This document shows positions 1-7,721 of a stretch of 47,790 nt of DNA, piece by piece. Position numbers and translations under genes: made by a program. Source of the DNA: a virus (taxonomy: Duplodnaviria; Caudoviricetes); the IMG/VR virus record IMGVR_UViG_3300005512_000058, positions 1 to 47,790 of that record, one strand, 5' to 3'. The notes under the pieces were generated by a model. The model was not told where the DNA came from. It did not search any database and was given only the letters and a program-made list of their open reading frames with translations. Position 1 is the stretch's first letter. Every line of letters begins with the position of its first letter.

Positions 1-123
1 CTGTGCGACCCTGGCCCCTGGTCCCGCGTGTGGTCCGTGCTGACCCGCCCCGAGGGCTGCCGTGCTGTCGCCGACATCATCCGTAGGTGGAGTGACGAGG
101 AGCCCCGCGCCCTGTGGGAGCGG
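1..123. repeat. Terminal direct repeat, left copy (circular assembly overlap)
   Basis: Bases 1-123 are identical to 47668-47790, and the repeat falls inside a continuous ORF. Confidence 0.95.
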
Positions 124-1320
124 TTGCGGGCCGAGCGTCCGCTGGAGGGAGCGGTGGGCGTGGCGCAGTACCTCGTTATTTCGGCGAGCAACCGGCTGAT
201 CAACGTCGACCACGACGGGGAGAGGTGGAGCAACACGGGCGAGGGTGGGGCGACGTTCGGGGGCGAAACGTTCGCGACGGACCCGCTGAGGGTTGCGGGG
301 TGGCTGGTTGGCACCGGATGGACCAGGGGTGACGGCGCGCTCTGTGTCGCGCCAGGCGCGGTTCCCGATGGTGTGAACCCGGCGATCAGCCTCGGCGGCA
401 TGGCTCGCGGTGTCCTCTCCTCCCTCCCCTGGCCCCCCGTGCTCATCGGGCGGGATGCGCGGGAGGTGAGCCCGAGGGAGGTGGCTGGGTGGCTACGGAA
501 CGTGAGCCCAGAGTCGCCGCTGCCGAACGAAATAGATAGTGACGGTAGCAACTCCGTACTTCTCCGCCATAGCCCTCGCGGGCTCGGCGCTGGTTCGGAT
601 GTCGCGGACTGCCGCCCTCGTCAGTTTGGCCCTGGGGTGGGACTCTCCGATCTGGTGCGTCCCGTGGCTCCGCTTGTCGGCGATGTTCTCCCGCTGGGTG
701 CCCCACGCGAGGTTGATGGCGGCATCGTTGTCTCTGGAGCCGTCGAGGTGGCGAACGACCATCCCGTCAGGCCGGGGCCCATGGAACGCAATGCAGACCA
801 GCACGGACACCCTTCGGTGAATGCGTCGTCCGCCAGTACAGAGGACCAGCTTTCGATACCCGTCCTTGTCGACGCCCCCCTTAAGAGGTCGCATGGTGTA
901 AATGGAACGAATCTCCCCCGCGTCGGACACCTGGTACTCGGGGGCTTCGGCAACAACTCTCCACTCGGTCATGATATATCTCCTAGCAACTCCACCATAT
1001 CATATGGCGGACTGCCAGACAAGCTGCCTGATGGATGCTACATTTTCGTAGATCCTCCATACCAGGGGACCACGCCCTACGCCCACGCCCTCCCCCGTGA
1101 GGACGTGCTCGACATGGCTCGCCGGTGGTCCGACGCCGGAGCCGTGGTGTGCATCTCCGAGGCCGAGCCGCTGCCACTGGACGGGTGGCACCACGTCGAC
1201 ATCACGGCGGAGAGAAGGGGCCAGAAGCGCACCTTCAGCAAGCAGCAGCGCGAGTGGCTCACCCTGAACCGCGAGCCCGCCGTCGACCTCAACGCACAAC
1301 GCAGCCTCTTTGGAGTCTGA
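1..1320 (+). CDS. Dam/D12-class DNA adenine methyltransferase-like protein, C-terminal part, containing a nested antisense HNH gene (about 499 aa in total)
   Basis: Frame 1 is open to TGA at 1318-1320. It contains the catalytic motif IFVDPPY, followed by VCISE and EWLTLN, typical of Dam-family C-termini. Confidence 0.8.
   Translation: MCDPGPWSRVWSVLTRPEGCRAVADIIRRWSDEEPRALWERLRAERPLEGAVGVAQYLVISASNRLINVDHDGERWSNTGEGGATFGGETFATDPLRVAGWLVGTGWTRGDGALCVAPGAVPDGVNPAISLGGMARGVLSSLPWPPVLIGRDAREVSPREVAGWLRNVSPESPLPNEIDSDGSNSVLLRHSPRGLGAGSDVADCRPRQFGPGVGLSDLVRPVAPLVGDVLPLGAPREVDGGIVVSGAVEVANDHPVRPGPMERNADQHGHPSVNASSASTEDQLSIPVLVDAPLKRSHGVNGTNLPRVGHLVLGGFGNNSPLGHDISPSNSTISYGGLPDKLPDGCYIFVDPPYQGTTPYAHALPREDVLDMARRWSDAGAVVCISEAEPLPLDGWHHVDITAERRGQKRTFSKQQREWLTLNREPAVDLNAQRSLFGV
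493..972 (-). CDS. NUMOD4-HNH homing endonuclease with C-terminal HTH-like tail
   Basis: EWRVV..YQVSDAGEIRS (NUMOD4-like), LVCIAFHGPRPDGMVVRHLDGSRDNDAAINLAWGTQRENIAD (HNH core) and GESHPRAKLT. An AGGAGA RBS lies 6 nt upstream. Confidence 0.9.
   Translation of the reverse strand: MTEWRVVAEAPEYQVSDAGEIRSIYTMRPLKGGVDKDGYRKLVLCTGGRRIHRRVSVLVCIAFHGPRPDGMVVRHLDGSRDNDAAINLAWGTQRENIADKRSHGTHQIGESHPRAKLTRAAVRDIRTSAEPARAMAEKYGVATVTIYFVRQRRLWAHVP
979..1022 (-). promoter_or_regulatory. Sigma70-type promoter and RBS for the HNH gene
   Basis: On the minus strand: TTGTCT (1022-1017), 17 nt, TATGGT (999-994) with an extended-10 TGn, then AGGAGA (984-979). Confidence 0.65.
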
Positions 1321-1321
1321 C

Positions 1322-1558
1322 ATGATCCGCCTCCAGTCCACCCTGGGCCGCTGGGCCCGACGCCTCGGCCACACCTCTGTCACCACCATCGCCGTGTGGA
1401 CGCCGCTCCTCCTCGAGCTCGGCGAGCGAGGCATCGCCGTCTTCGTGATGCACTGCCCCGCCTCGTGGCTGTGGGGCGTCATCCGCGAGCGCTGGGGAGA
1501 GGAGCCGTCCTGGGGCCTGCGCCTGGGCCAGTGGTCAGTGTGGGTGGAGCTGTGGTGA
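1322..1558 (+). CDS. Hypothetical protein
   Basis: ATG follows a GGAG; the stop overlaps the next GTG. Confidence 0.55.
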   Translation: MIRLQSTLGRWARRLGHTSVTTIAVWTPLLLELGERGIAVFVMHCPASWLWGVIRERWGEEPSWGLRLGQWSVWVELW

Positions 1559-1857
1559 CCCGCATTTTCGTCGGCGACTGCGTGGAGTCGATGCGATCCC
1601 TCCCCGATGCCTCGGTGCAGTGCTGCGTGACGAGCCCGCCGTACTGGGGCCTCCGCGACTACGGCTGCGAGGGCCAGCTCGGACTGGAGCAGACGCCCGA
1701 GGAGTACCTGGCCGGCATGGTGCGTGTGTTCCGCGAGGTGCGGCGGGTGCTGCGGGACGCCATCCTGTGTGAGTTCTCGCCCGAGTATGCCGCCCTGGCT
1801 GAGGCTCGCATCCGTGAGGACGCGCCCCTCCTGGCCGACGTGCGGGTGACACCATGA
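1555..1857 (+). pseudogene. Internally deleted beta-class (N4C/N6A) DNA methyltransferase, 100 aa
   Basis: RIFVGDC..SVQCCVTSPPYWGLRDY..GLEQTPEEY..VFREVRRVLRD is joined directly to the C-terminal AILCEFSPEYAALAEARI. The SAM-binding DPFxGSG motif is absent. Confidence 0.75.
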
Positions 1858-2108
1858 GGCGCCGCCTGCTCCGCGCCCTGGAGCGCTACCTCTGGGCCTT
1901 CCGGGACCTCGAGGCCACTGATCCCCACACCCGCCTCGTGCGTGAGCTGCGGGACTACGCCCTGGAGTTGGAGGCGAGGGTCGCCCGGCTCGAGCTCGCC
2001 GCCGCTGACGTCGTCGCCACCCAGGAGGACCTGCCCCTCGGGCGGGGCCGTCTGCGGCTGGTGCTCACTGAGGCCGTGGAGGCCGAGCGGGTCAGGAGGG
2101 CTGCGTGA
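1854..2108 (+). CDS. Hypothetical protein
   Basis: ATGA coupling with the upstream gene and GC3-rich codons. Confidence 0.6.
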   Translation: MRRRLLRALERYLWAFRDLEATDPHTRLVRELRDYALELEARVARLELAAADVVATQEDLPLGRGRLRLVLTEAVEAERVRRAA

Positions 2109-2185
2109 GGCTTCTCCTCGCCATTCCCCGCACTCTCGGGACGTGGGCCCTGCGGGTCATGGACTGGCTGCGGGGTGACGCATGA
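2105..2185 (+). CDS. Small hypothetical peptide (26 aa)
   Basis: GTGA overlap at the start and ATGA overlap at the end fill the gap exactly. Confidence 0.4.
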   Translation: MRLLLAIPRTLGTWALRVMDWLRGDA

Positions 2186-2379
2186 GCGTCACCCGCCGAG
2201 ACTACCCCGACGGCGCCGCGCTCTGGCTTCGGCACGGATCGCCCGTCGCAGGCGTGGGCACCGACGAGTATGGCCGCTGGACCTGGTGGGCCAGGTCCAC
2301 CCAGGGCCGGCGAGTGGTCGCCTCCAGCCGAGAGGAGGCCATCGAGCGGGTCGAGCGGGCTGCTTGGGGGCTGGTGTGA
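2182..2379 (+). CDS. Hypothetical protein
   Basis: Coupled ORF within the operon. Confidence 0.55.
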   Translation: MSVTRRDYPDGAALWLRHGSPVAGVGTDEYGRWTWWARSTQGRRVVASSREEAIERVERAAWGLV

Positions 2380-3314
2380 GTGGTTGGGTCCCCATGCCTG
2401 TCGAGTCCTGGCCCTTCGTGGCTGGCTCGCTGCCGAGGCCATGGCCCCGTGAGGCGGTGTACTTCGATCTCCGCTGGTGGGCTGACCAGGCGCGCGTGGC
2501 TGGCGTGAAGCGACCGGGCCGGCCTGCGCTGATGCAGCGGTGGGGCTGGTCTGATTGGAACGCCAGGCAGGCCATCAAGGCTGAGTCGGAGTGGGGCGAC
2601 CCAAGGCGAACCTCCAGCCGACCTCCAGCGCGCCTCCAGCGCGCCTCCAGCGCGCCTCCAGCCACGGATAGCGCAAAGCCCCACAATGGGCGCAATACCT
2701 CCAGCCGACCTCCAGCCGACCTCCAGCCGACCTCCAGCGCGCCTCCCCACGCGCGTAGGGATCCACAGACCACAGTCACAGAACACAGAACACAAGAGAT
2801 CCTGATCCGCCTCACGGCGGAGGAAGAGGCTCTCGATAGGCTGGCCCGCCGCATGTCCTCTCAGCAGACGCCCGCGTCTCGGCGGTGGAAGTACGACCGA
2901 GATCGAGACCTCGACTGGTGGAGGCGCAAGCTGGACGGCCTCCCCGATGGCCTGGACGTGGTGGCCGAGGTGGAGCGCGTGGGCGACTGGCTGGAGGGGC
3001 AGATCGACGCAGGCGGCGGGAAGGCGTGGAAGCCGGGAGGGTGGAAGCGGGGCCTCGGCGACTGGCTCAAGAGGTCGGCGGAGCGGGCTGGGACCAAGCC
3101 GGGACCAAGCCGGGACCAAGTTGACCCCCGGCCCATCCTCCAGCGCGTGGCCCAGGGTGACCTCCAGTGGCGCCAGCGGTGGCACGACGACGGCGACACT
3201 GACCGCCGGCTCCACGCCTGCGCCAAGGGGCTCCTGCCGGGCCTCAAGGGCGACCAGTGGCAACACCGAGCCGCCATGCAGACCGCCATGGAGCGGTGGG
3301 AGAGCAGCACATGA
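2376..3314 (+). CDS. Putative replication initiator (lambda O-like position)
   Basis: Lies directly upstream of DnaB, contains an internal iteron array, and starts with a GTGA overlap. Confidence 0.65.
   Translation: MSGWVPMPVESWPFVAGSLPRPWPREAVYFDLRWWADQARVAGVKRPGRPALMQRWGWSDWNARQAIKAESEWGDPRRTSSRPPARLQRASSAPPATDSAKPHNGRNTSSRPPADLQPTSSAPPHARRDPQTTVTEHRTQEILIRLTAEEEALDRLARRMSSQQTPASRRWKYDRDRDLDWWRRKLDGLPDGLDVVAEVERVGDWLEGQIDAGGGKAWKPGGWKRGLGDWLKRSAERAGTKPGPSRDQVDPRPILQRVAQGDLQWRQRWHDDGDTDRRLHACAKGLLPGLKGDQWQHRAAMQTAMERWESST
2611..2795. repeat. Iteron-like repeats, putative replication origin
   Basis: CCTCCAGC occurs at 2611, 2622, 2633, 2644, 2655 and at 2698, 2709, 2720, 2731 (11-bp period), followed by an A-rich CACAG-repeat tract. 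Confidence 0.75.
3090..3120. repeat. Tandem repeat GGGACCAAG(CC) x3, 11-bp period
   Basis: Read directly from the sequence. Confidence 0.8.
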
Positions 3315-4627
3315 CCGAGCCCCTGCACGATCTCCAGGTGGAGCGCGCCCTGCTGGGCGGCCTCATCCGCGCGCCCAAGAAGCTCGCCGAGCTCGGGGAC
3401 CTGTCGGGGGTGTGGTGGAGCCCGGAGCACAGGGAGCTCTACGCCTTGCTCCGCGACACCCCGGCCGACCAGATCGACCAGGTGTCGGTGCCCTACCTGG
3501 CCCACCAGCGTGGCGGCGTCCTCGCGGGGCAGGTGGCCTATGTCTCGGGGCTCACCGGCCACTGCCCTGCGACGGCCAACCTCGGCCACTACGCCACCGA
3601 GCTCAAGCGAATGGCCACCGTCACCGCGGGCCGGTGGCTGGGCGACGAGCTGGCCAAGGCCTCCTCTCCCACCGAGCTGCGGGACATGGCCCGGAGGCTG
3701 ATGGAGCTGGCGGCAGGAGGGGAGGACGGGGACCGCTCGGTCTTCCTGGCGGAGGCCGGACGGCGCGAGATCGAAAGGATGCAGACCGGCGGGACCGCGA
3801 CCGTGTCCACGGGCGTCTCCGCCTTCGACGAGGCCCTCGGCGGCCTGCCCGAGAAGACGCTCACCCTGGTGGCTGGCCGCCCAGGCATGGGCAAGAGCGC
3901 CCTCGCCGAGTGCTGGGCGATGGATATGGCCCAGCGCGGCCTCGGGGTGGCCTACTGCTCCCTGGAGCTGTCCGCAGGCCAGATGTGGCAGCGGCAGATC
4001 GCCCGCATGACCGGCGTGCCCGTCCAGGCCCTGCGCGGCACGCTGCGCCAGCACCAATGGAAGGACGTCATCCAGGCCCAGGAGGAGACCGAGCAGGGCT
4101 TCAACGGCGGACCCTGGCCGATCAAGATCCAGGACAGCCCCGGACAGCGGGTGGCCGCGGTGGAGGCCCACGCCCTGGCCACCGCCCGGGCCCTCGGGCG
4201 GCTCGACCTGGTGGTGGTGGACTACCTCCAGATCATGGGCGTGGACAACGAGCGGCACCGCGCCCAGGCCGTCGGGGATGCCGCCTACGCCCTCCGAGAC
4301 CTGGCCAAGGCGCTGGCCGTGCCGGTCGTGGCGCTCTCCCAGCTCAACCGAGACCTGGAGAAGCGCCAGGACAAGCGCCCGAGGCAGAGCGACTTGTACG
4401 AGTCCGACAAGCTCAACCAGGCCGCGGACCTGATCATCGGCTGCCACCGCCCCCAGGCCTACGACGACTCGGCAGACCCCGGCCTGATCGAGCTGTGCGT
4501 GGTCAAGAACCGGGCCGGCAAGGGCGGCGCAGGCGCGGTCATCAAGGCCGGCTGGGACGGGCCCCGGCTGCGCGTCACCGAGTACGTCGAGCCCGCCCAG
4601 AGCGACCTTTACGAAGGAGAGTACTGA
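3311..4627 (+). CDS. dnaB: Replicative DNA helicase, DnaB family
   Basis: AGRPGMGKS (Walker A), SLEL, VVVDYLQIM, VVALSQLNR and VVKNR motifs. Confidence 0.95.
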   Translation: MTEPLHDLQVERALLGGLIRAPKKLAELGDLSGVWWSPEHRELYALLRDTPADQIDQVSVPYLAHQRGGVLAGQVAYVSGLTGHCPATANLGHYATELKRMATVTAGRWLGDELAKASSPTELRDMARRLMELAAGGEDGDRSVFLAEAGRREIERMQTGGTATVSTGVSAFDEALGGLPEKTLTLVAGRPGMGKSALAECWAMDMAQRGLGVAYCSLELSAGQMWQRQIARMTGVPVQALRGTLRQHQWKDVIQAQEETEQGFNGGPWPIKIQDSPGQRVAAVEAHALATARALGRLDLVVVDYLQIMGVDNERHRAQAVGDAAYALRDLAKALAVPVVALSQLNRDLEKRQDKRPRQSDLYESDKLNQAADLIIGCHRPQAYDDSADPGLIELCVVKNRAGKGGAGAVIKAGWDGPRLRVTEYVEPAQSDLYEGEY

Positions 4628-5085
4628 TGGTGATCCTCGGCATCGACCCCGGCACGAAGTGCGGCTGGGCGCTGCTCCGCGACGGCGAGCGCGTTGCCAG
4701 CGGGGTGTGGGACCTGCGATCGAGGCGCCACGAGGGAGGAGGGATGCGCTACCTGCGCGCCCGTCGCTACCTCGAGGAGGTGCTGGGCGACCACCAGGTG
4801 GACGCGGCGGCCTACGAGGAGGTCCGGCGTCACGCGGGCACCAGCGCCGCTCACGTCTACGGCGGCATCGTGGGGCAGCTCACGGCCGTCTGCGAGGACC
4901 AGAAGACGCCCTACCGGGGCATCCCCGTCGGCACGGTCAAGAAGCTAGCCGCGGGCAAGGGCAACGCGAGCAAGCCCGCGATGGTCGCCGCCGCCCGCGA
5001 GCGGTGGAGCCACGAGCCCGAGGACGACAACGAGGCTGACGCCCTGTGGGTGGCGGCCGCACTGCACGAGGAGCTGGCAGCATGA
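4627..5085 (+). CDS. RuvC-like Holliday junction resolvase
   Basis: ILGIDPG..GWA, AAYEEV, VKK.AAGKGNASK..M and DDNEADAL motifs. Confidence 0.9.
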   Translation: MVILGIDPGTKCGWALLRDGERVASGVWDLRSRRHEGGGMRYLRARRYLEEVLGDHQVDAAAYEEVRRHAGTSAAHVYGGIVGQLTAVCEDQKTPYRGIPVGTVKKLAAGKGNASKPAMVAAARERWSHEPEDDNEADALWVAAALHEELAA

Positions 5086-5312
5086 TCACCATCGAGGAGC
5101 GCCGCGTCCGAGCGATCACGGCCGGAAACCGTGAGGCAGGGGTGAGCGTCATCGCCACCGAGTACGTCAACGGTGAGGGCTGGGACCTGTCTGTGCACGT
5201 CGGGGGTGAGGAGCAGCGCCTCGAACTCGCCGACGAGCTGGTGGAGTCGCTGGCTATGGTCCTCTCGATGATTCACGCCCAGCGCCACACCATCACTCTG
5301 GAGTCCAGATGA
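5082..5312 (+). CDS. Hypothetical protein
   Basis: ATGA coupling at both ends. Confidence 0.6.
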   Translation: MITIEERRVRAITAGNREAGVSVIATEYVNGEGWDLSVHVGGEEQRLELADELVESLAMVLSMIHAQRHTITLESR

Positions 5313-6877
5313 GCACCGAGACCTGGCAGCAGCGCACCGCCCGCGAGGCTCAGGAGGCTGGAGAGGCCGTCTTGCGCGAGCACCTCGACAAGGTGGTGGC
5401 CCACTGGCGTGCGACGGGCAAGCGCCCCGGCGCTGTGACCGTGGCCCGCATCGTCGGGGTCTCGCAGAGCACGGCCTCCCGGCGCATCGTGGAGCCCATC
5501 ATCCACCAGTGCGCCGCCCCCGAGGACCTGGAGGCGTGGGGTGGTGCGCCCGGGGGCGTATCGCCGAAGATCGCAACGGAGCACGACGCAACGGAGGTGA
5601 AAAAGGAGTCATCGGGCGTCTACCACTTCGATCCGACGACTCAGGAGCACCGCTTCTGGCTGCGCCGCCGGGCAGAGCCCACCGTCCTGACAGAGGCCGA
5701 GCTCCAGAGCATCGCGCACGAGTACGGCTCCAGCACCCTGTCCCGTGTGGCCCACGCCCACGGCCTGCGCCGGCGCGATCTCCATGCCATCAAGACCCTC
5801 CTTGGATGGACCAAGGACAGTGTGAGGCTCACCCCGCAGCAGATCGCCCAGGCTGTGGCCGACCGGTCTGTCGAGGAGGAGGTGGAGCGGGACCTCGCCG
5901 GGGAGTTGCTCGGGCGCCTGGAGCGCGGGAGCCGAGAGCGGACGTGGAGGGAGACTCAGCGCCTGGCTCGGGACATGCTGGCCGTCCGTCGCGGGCTCAT
6001 GGAGCCGCTGATGCGCGCCTTCCAGGATGTGGACGACAGCGCGCCGCCCAGAGTGGACCCGCCCGCCGAGACGGCCCCCACAGCCCTCCTGGTCAGCCCC
6101 ACCGATCTGCACTTCGGCATGGGCGCGTGGGTCGGCTACGGGGCCGGCGCCTACGACCGCACCATCTGCCGCGAGCGCCTGCTCTCGGCACAGGCGGCCC
6201 TCCTTGCTGCGCTGGCCAGCCCTCCCGAGGTCGTCCATCTGGTGGTGGGAAACGACTGGTTCCACGTCGACCAGGACGGCGGTGGATCCGGTGGACGCAC
6301 CACCCGCGGCACGGTGCAGGACCTCGACGGGGTCCCTGAGCAGGTGTGGACCGAGGGCGCTCAGCTCGCGGTGGACGCCATCGAGATGTGGCGACCCCAC
6401 TGCCGGACGGTGCGCGTCACAGCTGTGCGGGGCAACCACGACGCGGTGCTCTCCATGGCGCTGCACACGGCGCTGGCCTGGCGCTACCGCAGCGAGGACG
6501 GAGTGGAGGTCGCCCCGGTGCAGACCTCGGCCTATGGCTACTGGAGGTGGGGCCGCTGCCTTGTGGGCCTCACCCACGGCGACAAGCGCCGCAAGGCTCG
6601 GGACCTCGGACCCCGCATGGCCACCGAGCGCCCCGTGGACTGGTCGGAGTGCCCCTATCGCTACTGGGTCACCGGCCACGTCCACCACACGACCGTCGAG
6701 CAGGACGCGGGGGTCAGGGTGATGGGGCTGCCCTCGCTGTCGGGAGCTACCCGCTACGAGCGCGACCGCTGGCTCCAGCACGCTCCCGAGCTCGTCGGCC
6801 TCCTCCTGGACCGTGAGCGCGGCCTTGTGGCGACGCTCACCGCCCGAGTCGGCGAGCCTGCGGGGGTAGCAGCATGA
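5309..6877 (+). CDS. Calcineurin-like metallophosphoesterase with N-terminal HTH-like region
   Basis: DLHFG, GNDWFHVD, GNHD, THGD and GHVHH motifs; VARIVGVSQSTASR resembles an HTH. Confidence 0.85.
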   Translation: MSTETWQQRTAREAQEAGEAVLREHLDKVVAHWRATGKRPGAVTVARIVGVSQSTASRRIVEPIIHQCAAPEDLEAWGGAPGGVSPKIATEHDATEVKKESSGVYHFDPTTQEHRFWLRRRAEPTVLTEAELQSIAHEYGSSTLSRVAHAHGLRRRDLHAIKTLLGWTKDSVRLTPQQIAQAVADRSVEEEVERDLAGELLGRLERGSRERTWRETQRLARDMLAVRRGLMEPLMRAFQDVDDSAPPRVDPPAETAPTALLVSPTDLHFGMGAWVGYGAGAYDRTICRERLLSAQAALLAALASPPEVVHLVVGNDWFHVDQDGGGSGGRTTRGTVQDLDGVPEQVWTEGAQLAVDAIEMWRPHCRTVRVTAVRGNHDAVLSMALHTALAWRYRSEDGVEVAPVQTSAYGYWRWGRCLVGLTHGDKRRKARDLGPRMATERPVDWSECPYRYWVTGHVHHTTVEQDAGVRVMGLPSLSGATRYERDRWLQHAPELVGLLLDRERGLVATLTARVGEPAGVAA

Positions 6878-7125
6878 CCGCCCCCGACAAGGCCACCCTC
6901 CTCCAGGGCTCCATCTACACGCTCTGGGCTGCCCACCCCGACCAGCTCTTTGAGGTCTACACGGTCCACCAGGAGCAGCTCCAGGGAGGGCCCGCGCCCG
7001 AGGGAGCCGTGCTCGTGGTCCGCGACGCCGAGCTCGCCGCTGAGGTCCACGCGCTCATCAGGCACCGACACGACGAGATGCTTGGGGAGGTCGCCATGGC
7101 CGCCCAGGGCGCGGGGGAAGCATGA
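6874..7125 (+). CDS. Hypothetical protein
   Basis: ATGA coupling at both ends. Confidence 0.6.
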   Translation: MTAPDKATLLQGSIYTLWAAHPDQLFEVYTVHQEQLQGGPAPEGAVLVVRDAELAAEVHALIRHRHDEMLGEVAMAAQGAGEA

Positions 7126-7583
7126 GCAGCAGGGACCCGTGGACCGGAGAGGACCTCGAGCGCGCAGAGACCGCCCTGGCTCGTTGCAGCCGCCAGGGCC
7201 AGGGCATCACCTTCCGGTCGGTGCGGGCCGCCCTGGAGTGGTTCTGGCGCACCCGGGAGCGCATGAGCAGCCCGCACGGGATGCACCCCAGGCACGAGAT
7301 CGGGCCCGACGGCAAGGCGGTGATCGTCAGCGTGGACGGCGGGAGGGGAGGGGACCTGGACGACGTCCACGCCACCGCCCTGACCATCGCCCGGGCGCTC
7401 GCTCGCCTCGAGCTCGACAACCCTCAGGCCTACGTGCTCCTCGTGGACCGCACCCGGGACGGGCTGACCCTGGCCCAGATGGAGCGACGGCACAACGTCT
7501 CGTGCCAGATGGCCAGCGCCCACATCGGCCGGGGGGAGTACTACCTGCTGGGCGCACTGCGGGCGGCAGAGGTGGTGGTTTAA
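7122..7583 (+). CDS. Putative late-gene regulator (Q antiterminator-like or sigma region 4-like HTH)
   Basis: C-terminal GLTLAQMERRHNVSCQMASAHI resembles an HTH; it is the last gene before the late promoter. Confidence 0.55.
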   Translation: MSSRDPWTGEDLERAETALARCSRQGQGITFRSVRAALEWFWRTRERMSSPHGMHPRHEIGPDGKAVIVSVDGGRGGDLDDVHATALTIARALARLELDNPQAYVLLVDRTRDGLTLAQMERRHNVSCQMASAHIGRGEYYLLGALRAAEVVV

Positions 7584-7592
7584 CCTTGGTCG

Positions 7593-7621
7593 TTGCACCT
7601 ACGGTAGGGATGGCCTACATT
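7593..7621 (+). promoter_or_regulatory. Late promoter (sigma70-type)
   Basis: TTGCAC, 17 nt, TACATT; the palindrome CCTACGGTAGG (7598-7608) overlaps the spacer. Confidence 0.65.
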
Positions 7622-7647
7622 TCCTCTACGTGGAGAGTTGGGTCAGG

Positions 7648-7676
7648 AGGTCGCCGCCGTGGCGGCCTTTCGTGTT
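7648..7676 (+). terminator. Leader terminator-like hairpin
   Basis: AGGTCGCC-gccgt-GGCGGCCT followed by TTCGTGTT. Confidence 0.5.
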
Positions 7677-7721
7677 CCTTGGCCCAGACTCCTGGCGGAG
7701 GTGACGACCGCGGAGGGGACG

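Noticed and set aside
1-123. Biological terminal repeat
   Set aside because: It lies mid-gene and is an exact overlap of k-mer-like length, so an assembler circularisation artefact is more likely.
493-1020. Intein or group I intron carrying the HNH gene
   Set aside because: The HNH is antisense to the host gene, there are no C/S...HN-C/S/T intein ends, and no flanking space for a ribozyme core is visible.
2861-4447. Long antisense and alternate-frame ORFs (also 8550-9902, 18159-19541, 23069-24967, 41904-43958)
   Set aside because: These are shadow ORFs expected in GC-rich DNA opposite well-supported genes, with no motifs or RBS.
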